DNA from: Octopus vulgaris
Lineage: Eukaryota
DNA length: 64,000 bases
Assembly (NCBI GenBank): GCA_951406725.2
Contig: OX597815.1
Coordinates: forward strand, 82,274,001-82,338,000
Reading direction: 5' to 3'
Under the pieces are notes generated by a model that had not been told where the DNA came from, did not search any database, and saw nothing but the letters and a program-made list of their open reading frames with translations. Below are positions 55,256 through 64,000 of this stretch, one piece after another. Positions within the stretch are counted from its first letter, which is position 1. Every line of letters begins with the position of its first letter. Position numbers and translations under genes: made by a program.

Positions 55256-55919
55256 TCAGCAAGGCAAGAAGTTTTATTGAATTTCAAACTCTGTAGCATC
55301 TCTAGTGTTACGGTATTTAAGGCATAATAATTATCTGGTTAATTAATGCATTATAACATTTTAATTAATCTAGCTTAGTGTGATAGCGTGCGTACATGTA
55401 CATTTATAGAATTAAAAACTCATTATATTTCTCAGCAAGATCGCGCTTCTAAATTATATTAATCCCTGATTCTAAATGTGTACCCTATCTCAACTGTAGA
55501 GGTTGGTATACTTGCTAGAAACAACAGCCAAATCCCTATCAAATTACCCCCTAGCTTCTTAAAAAAATGAGACATCTTCAACAATGTATACAACGCGCAA
55601 CGTATCTGACAAATGACTGAATGGAGAGTTTTGACAATAGGTCTACTCGCCTACGGCTAAACTGGAACTAAACAACAGGTAAAACGCTCTGCAGAGAGTG
55701 TCAATGCCTGGCACAATTCTAACAAAGAGACAAGGCCGTCTGTTTTGGAAGGAGTAAACTACCGAACATTTTGACGACGCCATTATTTGATTGGTATGTA
55801 TTTTATCGTTTCCGGAAAGAGTCAATGACATATGAACTCAGAAAGAAAGGCTGGTAACAAAACTACATGAAAACATTCTGTGCAACACACGCTTTTAATA
55901 ATCTTTCTAACTTCAAGAA

Positions 55920-56165
55920 AGCGAGCTAGCAGAATCGTCAGCAAGCCGTGCAAAACGCTTAGCGGCGTTCCATACGTCTTTACTTTCTGAATTCAAATTC
56001 CGCCGAGGTTAACTTTGCCTTTCATCTTTCAGTGTCGATAAAGTAAGTGTCATTTGAGCACTGGGGCCGATATAATCGACCCTTAACGCCTCCTTCGAAC
56101 TTACTAGCCTTGTGCCAAAATTTGAAAGCAATATTGTTTCTAATTATGGCACAAGGTCAGCAATT
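55920..56165 (+). mobile_element. SINE family C copy with an inverted second tail
   Basis: Core homologous to 44548; the tail 56108-56132 is followed directly by its approximate reverse complement 56133-56156. Confidence 0.75.
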
Positions 56166-56348
56166 TTAATTATAAGTCTGCTGGGGCTGACCTTGACGCT
56201 AAAAATAACACCGTTGAATCATCCAAAGTAGAAAGTGATCTTCTCTGCGGTTGCTTGGCTTGCTAGAAATCGCTGCCAAATCTTTTGTGAAACACATATT
56301 ATCATCATGACTAAAAGAGAATACGTTAATGATAATAATGATGATGAC

Positions 56349-56380
<32 letters not shown>

Positions 56381-57109
56381 CATATATATGCTCGGGATTA
56401 AGTTAGGATTATTAAGCTAATCAAGCTCTTTATTTCAGATCAAACTAAATAACATCGCTGTCACATTTGAGTGAAATCCGTTGAAATTGGTAAACTTTTG
56501 GCTGAAAATGAGTTGCTGACAATTTGATTGGAATCGGTTTATCGATTTTTTCCACTCATCGATTTTCTTTTTCGTTTTTGGAGAACTTAAAGCATTCATA
56601 GATCCCATGAGTCCTAAGTAATGCTGGCATCAAGTTTGAACAAAATATATCAAAATTGGTAAAAGTTATGGTTGAAAATGGGGTGTAGTCAATTTTAGTG
56701 GGAAATCCTATAAGGAATCAGTTTATCGATTTTTTTGTCCTGATTAAATAGAAAACCCCATAAGGAATCAGTTTATAGATTTTTCACTCCAAATAGGACT
56801 TAACCGAACACAACGTTGCTGATTCAAAAACATCAATATTTATACTTTAAAGTTGGTTTTCATATCCAACCCAGTTCTGCAGAATCAGTGTCGCGACGGG
56901 AGCGCATGTGTTGGGAGTTTGATCGGCAGAGGTGATCAGGTTGCATATGCCAACCCTTTTGAAAACACCGCCCCATCATGTAACCTCTCTTTGCCCATGG
57001 GTTGGGAACCCTTCCAGCAAGGAAAATAGAACGCCCAAAAGTACCTCCAATCCTCTGTGTGAGAAGCGGCTATGTTCAGATCACAACTAAGAATATATAT
57101 ATGGGCAAA

Positions 57110-57140
<31 letters not shown>

Positions 57141-57263
57141 CACACACACACACACGCACACACACAAAGATATACATACATACACCTATTGCATAGATGT
57201 TTTTTGTACGCCCTTGCCCCTGTCCCACCACCACTCCCTACCCGAGTAATACTATCAACTGAA

Positions 57264-57773
57264 GCAAATTTGGCACACGAACGTAAGCTTTGTAAAAGGA
57301 ATAGAGAGGGCTGCCTTCCCCCGCAGAGATGTGAGAGTCAGATCTCTCCTTTCGAAAACACGATCAGTTTCGAAACATTGTTTACAAAATGCAAATTTGG
57401 CACCCGGAGGTAAGTTTTGTAAGAGAAATAGAAGGGGCCTACCTTCTCCCACAAAGATGTGAGAGTCAGATCTCTCCTTTCGAAAACATGAAGAGTTTCA
57501 AAGCATTGTTTACAAAATACAAATTTGGCAACCGGAGGTAAGTTTTGTAAGAGGAATAGAATGGCCTATCTTCTCCCACAGAGATGTGAGAGTCAGACCT
57601 CTCCTTTCGAAAACATGAAGAGTTTCGAAACATTGTTTACAAAATGTAAATTTGGCACCCGGACGTAAGTTTTGTAAGACGAATAGAAGGGGCCTATCTT
57701 CTCCCACAGAGATGTGAGAGTCAGATCTCACCTTTCGAAACCATGAACAGTTTCGAAACATTATTTACAAAAT
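57264..57773. repeat. Tandem repeat, 4 x 127-128 bp
   Basis: The anchor AAATTTGGCA occurs at 57266, 57393, 57521 and 57648. Confidence 0.95.
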
Positions 57774-58344
57774 AATAGCTGATCGTTTGCGAAGGAGCGT
57801 GTCTCGTGCAACACACATACACATACACACACACACACACATACACACACACACACACATACACACACACAGAAATATTGCATACATGTGTTTTGTACGC
57901 ATACATGTTTGTGTGTGTGACTGAAGCCATTCACACATACATACATACATACATACATACATACATACATACATACATACATAACAACCCCTATCCCTCT
58001 GTTTTTGCCTCTCAATCATTCACTAAAAAGACGAAATTTTAAAAATCTGTTCTCTCTCTGTCTCTGTCTCTCCCTGTCTTTACACCGTCGCTAGAAGTTG
58101 ACTTAACTCATATTTGCAAATGGCGTATTTCTCCGACTTGAAAATTGTTAGAAGTTATGATTCAAAATTATTTTACCGCTATTCGCTGGTGCCTCGGGGG
58201 GAAAATAATTTGACGAAAATACAGCTAGGATCATGACGAATGTCCTCCTAAAATTTGAGCGGCATGCGTACTAATTTGTGGATGTGCATAAACTACATTC
58301 ACGTACACACACACACACACACATCCTGCCTTTTATATATACAG

Positions 58345-58395
<51 letters not shown>

Positions 58396-58719
58396 CAAAG
58401 CAAAAACGGCTGAATGGTCACGGACGGAACATCTTTGATCATAGTTCTGCTTGATCAATGCTGACCTGTAACTATACAACAACAACAACAACAGTAACAA
58501 AAACAGCTTTTAACCAAATGTATAAATAACAACAGTATCAATGCTCACACAAGGTAAGAACATCAAAAGTAAGATCAAAGAAGCACTACGAGAAACAAAA
58601 TCAACAAAATCGTCAACAAAAACCACAACATCAAGCAACAACAGCAACAAACACAACATCATTTCCAAGACGTTATCGATAAAAATAACATCAGTAGCAG
58701 AAGCAAAGCAACAACAACA

Positions 58720-59160
<441 letters not shown>

Positions 59161-59401
59161 AGAGCAGCATGAGTAAACAAGAAAAGGAGGGAAAAACACG
59201 AAGCACCAAACTCGCAGTTATCTGATAAACGGACCAGCATCGTTTTCAATTTAGCTTATAATATACTGGTTTCTGTAGTTGATTACTTCTGCAGTTGCAC
59301 AGCTGTGTGTTACACACACCACATGTACACATTACATATATGTAGACAAACATATGTATATATATATATACATATATATATATACACGCACACATATATA
59401 C

Positions 59402-59436
<35 letters not shown>

Positions 59437-59532
59437 CATACACACATATGTATAAATATATATACATACATACGTACATACATACATATATATACATACA
59501 TACATACATACATACATACATACATACATACA

Positions 59533-59578
<46 letters not shown>

Positions 59579-60652
59579 CATATATATATACATATATATA
59601 TATATATCTTTATATTCCAGTTTTCTGATATCACAAAGAATTCCATGTTTATTTTATTTTTCACAAGTTTTCTTTATTAACAGGAAACACATCTTAGAAG
59701 ATATGTATATTAATACTCAAACCAGCTCTAAAGCTGAAGAAAAGCAATCTTGCTGGATTTATACAGCTTAATAGTGATAATATGTACATCCCTTTTTCAT
59801 GTTTAAACTTAGAGTTTAATTCATCATATTTTACTGAGAATGTTAAATGTATTTGTTACACGTTGATGTTTATTATTGTGATTTTGTTTTGGTTAATCTG
59901 CTTTACCTTACGACTTCACGCACATCACGCCTATCATATGGTTCGAAGATGTCTTTAGCTGAGTCAGACAAGACCTTCGGTTTGAAGAAAACTGTCAGCG
60001 CCTTTCAATCTTTTCGTCCTTCTCAGAAGCTCTTGAAAAGGCCATAGGTGCTGTCCTCACTCCTCTGATTATGTCAGACAGAGAAAAGATTTACTACGTA
60101 GAAGTGTTAGGATGCGGTGCAATGTGTTCTACAGTGTTTAAATCATTTTATCTACTACTTTTTTAGTACTAGGTCTGTCCTGGCCAAGTTGACATATATC
60201 CATGACTTCATTCCAAGGCCATAACATCTTTGTGTGTATTAGGGGCTACAACGTCCAAAGTGACTTCACTTTATGTTGCTGTCGTTGTTTAGACCCACGC
60301 CCGCCATATGATGAAAGACATTTCAGCCATGACCGTCTTTCCAGTTTCTTATGTACAAAGAGCTCAGGACCATATCGTTTAAAGAGATTTGAAGAAGAAT
60401 TGGCAACTATTACTAGCTGGTTGAAGACCCAAGTAACGGCTTCCTCTTTGGCTTGGGTGAACTATATGCGTGTAGTTAATGGTATGGTCTAACACAAACA
60501 CAATGGGCATTTTTTACTGAGTGAACCTCATGAAACATTCTTACAATTTTATGGAACTCCAGAGTTTCCCCCTTATTTTATTGACGTCGGGCTGATAAAA
60601 GTTAAAGTCGTCTCCAATGGAGTTTGGGCTAAGAACAATAGAAGTGGAGTAA

Positions 60653-60877
60653 CTCTCTTTACTCTCTTTTACTTGTTTCAGTCATTTTGACTGCGGCCAT
60701 GCTGGAACACCGCCTTTAGTCGAGCAAATCGACCCCGGGACTTATTCTTTGTAAGCCCAGTACTTATTCTATCGGTCACTTTTGCCGAACCGCTAAGTGA
60801 CGGGGACGTAAACACACCAGCATCGGTTGTCAAGCAATGCCAGAGGGACAAACACAGACACACAAACATATACACAC

Positions 60878-60931
<54 letters not shown>

Positions 60932-61055
60932 GACAGGCTTCTTTCAGTTTCCGTCTACCAAATCCACTCAAGGCTTTGGTCGGCCCGAGGCTCTAGCAGA
61001 AGACACTTGCCCAAGATGCCACGCAAGCTACTTACCACACAGCCACTCCTGCGCC
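60653..61055 (-). mobile_element. SINE family A with the B-box region deleted
   Basis: Closely similar to 4253-4656, except that the segment between two GCA triplets is missing (GCCACGCA|AGCTAC near 61025). Confidence 0.9.
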
Positions 61056-62867
61056 TATAGTCCTGTGGCAGAAGTAACTGACTTTAATACCCTAATTTAG
61101 TTTATCAACCTGAGACGGGTGAAAGTTGAGGTCGACCTTAGTAGGATGTAAATAATAAAGATATTGATTTCTAACATTGCCATAAAGCTACAAATTTTGT
61201 AGGTATGCAGAGGGGATTTAATTGACTGTACTATGTTAATGCTTGTAGATTAGCAGAGTCGTAGAGGTGCGACAGAAACTAATATGCGATATATGGCACA
61301 TCCTTGTATATTATTATTTCAAATTCCACCAAGGTCATCTGCGTCTGTCCTCCATCTTGGGGTAGATAAGATAAAATACAAGTGCAAGATAGTAAAATTT
61401 TCAAAGCCTTTGACAAAATTCCTTGTATTTTTTCTGAATCGTCGTTATGAATGCAAACGAAGATGTGACGAAATTATATTTAGCTAAGAGGGTATTTTGT
61501 GAAAGAATATTAGGGAAATAAATAAGAAACCATTGCTTCATCAGCGACGATAAGTTGTGATTACCACAGAGTTAATATTGACATTATATAGATATTTTGA
61601 CCAGCGAAACCTGTCCCTTACAAAGAAGGAGAATAATAAAAACTTTCTGTATAAAATTCAATCTAGAGATTTCGATTTCGTTTCGGAGTGACTTGAGTGC
61701 ATTTCATTGATAAGCTGCAAATACAGTAAAATACGTATCTGCCATTCTCGCAACCTTTTCTGGGACGAATGTATTTTCTCCTTGCTCTGAAGTATATTGA
61801 GATTTTTGTGTTTTACATGTCTTTAAAGGAATTTTTCCGGGACGATAAACCGCAGCTTCCGGCGTTTAAACAATGTATGGTAAGTATGTGGTATTTGTAA
61901 TGAAATATTCACCTTATAGAGCTGCTTCAACTGTAAAATCACTCTCTCCCTTCATATAAGAGTTCGATGTGCAGAATTCGCTTCAAGGAACGCCTTTTAA
62001 AAGCAGATCAGCTGGATGGGACTCAATCGATGTTGCGATTACCGAAATAACAGCTCGATGTTGGTATTGGAGTTGAAGCAGCAGAATGACTTCATCTGAA
62101 ATTAAAGATTGGAAACTTAGCCTGTTGCTAAAACTTGGTCATGAAGTTTGTGTCATTCGCACATTAGACTGAGAAATTTGCATTCTTTTGGAAATAAGGT
62201 TGCACGTAAAAATTCAATTTCTTTGGAAGCTGAAACTGTTGTTGTTATTTAGCATCTTATCAGCCTTAATGAAATTAACTCATGAACAAAAACATGTGAT
62301 CATCCTGTCGTTTTTTTTTCTTCTCAACGCGCATGGAACCCAAGATCTAAAGTAATTTGCGGGAGATTGGGTTACTATTTCTCGCAAGTCGGATAATCAA
62401 CTTATAAGCTGCTTCGTTGGGTCTTGACGCTGTGTTGGCAGCGAATATACCAGTGAAGATGTTAATGATGATGACTGGTGGTGGTGATAGTAATGAGGGT
62501 GGTGACGTTGGATGTGGTGGCCTTTGTGGAGAAGGTGGTGGTGGTGGTAGTATTCTATGGTGAGGTGCTGTTGTTGGTTATGTTGGTAGCTGTGGTAGTA
62601 TTTACATGCTGGATGTCTCTGTTGTTGTTATGCTGATTGATGGTAGCGATTGGCAGTGGTTGTTATAGCATTGTTGCTACGGTGGTGGTGGTGGCTGTCA
62701 CCGAAGTTGTAGTAGCAGTGGTGGTGGTGGTGGTGGTGGTGAGAAATAATGTGGTTTTGGAGTAGCTGTGGCTGCAGTAACGTCGATAGCTGTGGTGGTT
62801 GATCTGCTGCAAGTAGTAACAGTGGTAGTTTCTGGTGTTGCTGTGGCTGTAGTAGTAGTAGTAGTAA

Positions 62868-62910
<43 letters not shown>

Positions 62911-63749
62911 TGTTGTTGTTGTTGTTGTTGTTGTTGATGGTATTTCTGTGGTTGTTGTTGTTCGTGGTGGTGGTGGCACTGGTGTTGGGTGTTGAATCAA
63001 ATGTAGAAGTGTAGACGTAAAAAGAAAAAAAATAATAACAAAGTAAAAAGACCCAACAAAAAAAGCCCCCCCCCCCCCAAATGCATAAATAAAAAAAAAA
63101 CACTTAGCAAAAAGACCTTTCAAAACTAACAACAGCAAAAAAATAGAAAAAAAAAATCTCTCAAGTAACGTTATTACAAGACGAAGTTGTAGAATGGAAA
63201 TTACTTCATGTTGCCCCCTGTTGAAGTGTGTGAGGTGTGTGTGAATAGGGGCTGGTTCCGTTAGAGGCAGTGGTAACAGAAAGGCGAGACATAATTCGAG
63301 ATGTCTACAAGCAGTTGGGTGTTAGGTTTGGGCTTATGATGATGGTGTTGTCGCGATGGCGATGGTGACAACATTGGTATTGCTGTTGTAGTCGTTGTTA
63401 TAAGTGTTGTTTTTGTTGTTTGTTATTGGTAGTGGTGTTGATGTTGTTGGTGATGGTGGGGGTTGGTGTTAGAATCGTTTGTGGTGGTGGTGGAATTGAT
63501 GTTTATGTTGTTGTCGGTAGTGGTGGTGTGGTGATGGGGATGATGTCGCTATCGGTGTTTTGGTTGTTGGTGTAGGAGATGTTGTTGGTATTAGATAGAG
63601 TTGATGTTCTTGGTGGAATTGAGTCCCTTTTGATGGCGGTGGGTGCGGTGGGGTGGAGTCGGGGGTGGGCGGGTGGAGTTGGCAGTGATGCTGTTGGTGC
63701 TAGTGCTGACGGAGGAGACGAAGTTTATGGTGGAGGAGGAAAATATCGA

Positions 63750-63893
63750 TTTCAAATTTTGGCACAAGGCCAGCAATTTCGCGCCAGAGTATAAGTCAAT
63801 TACACTGACCTCCAGTGCTCAGCTAGTACTTATTTTACCCTTCCCCCCCAGATGGATGAAAGGTAATGTCGACCACGGCGGAATTTGAACTCG
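63750..63893 (-). mobile_element. SINE family C copy, decayed
   Basis: Plus strand TTTCAAATTTTGGCACAAGGCCAGCA...GTCGACCACGGCGGAATTTGAACTC. Confidence 0.75.
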
Positions 63894-64000
63894 GTAATAG
63901 TAGAGGTAGTGATTACAGTTCGGCTCGTTGATGGTGGTGTAGTCGTGAAGGTTGGTGATATTGGCAGCACTAAGGGTAGCACTGGTAGTGACTATGATGC

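Noticed and set aside
57264-57773. CRISPR-like periodicity
   Set aside because: The whole 127-bp unit repeats with no unique spacers, there are no cas genes, and the context is eukaryotic.

Overview
AT-rich, microsatellite-saturated animal non-coding DNA (intergenic or large intron). The repeat landscape resembles cephalopod (Octopus-like) genomes; this is an inference from recalled repeat families, not a search. I find no convincing host gene, and nearly all tracked ORFs are microsatellite artefacts. The recognisable coding remnants are all transposon-derived. They include a near-full-length but disabled Tx1/L1-clade LINE (29.3-34.6 kb), several Penelope-like elements with RT, GIY-YIG and minimal hammerhead ribozymes, and CR1-like LINE 3' ends. 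There is also an R4/Dong-like RT fragment, a Helitron helicase fossil, two non-autonomous Helitrons and a hAT (Buster/SPIN-like) transposase fossil. At least four tRNA-derived SINE families are present, labelled A-D here. The most interesting signals are RNA-structural. A tRNA-headed element carries a Penelope-type hammerhead 3' half, two Penelope copies share a non-canonical hammerhead core, and SINE/LINE pairs share 3' tails, one with a covarying hairpin. Coordinates of decayed elements are approximate and were read by eye.
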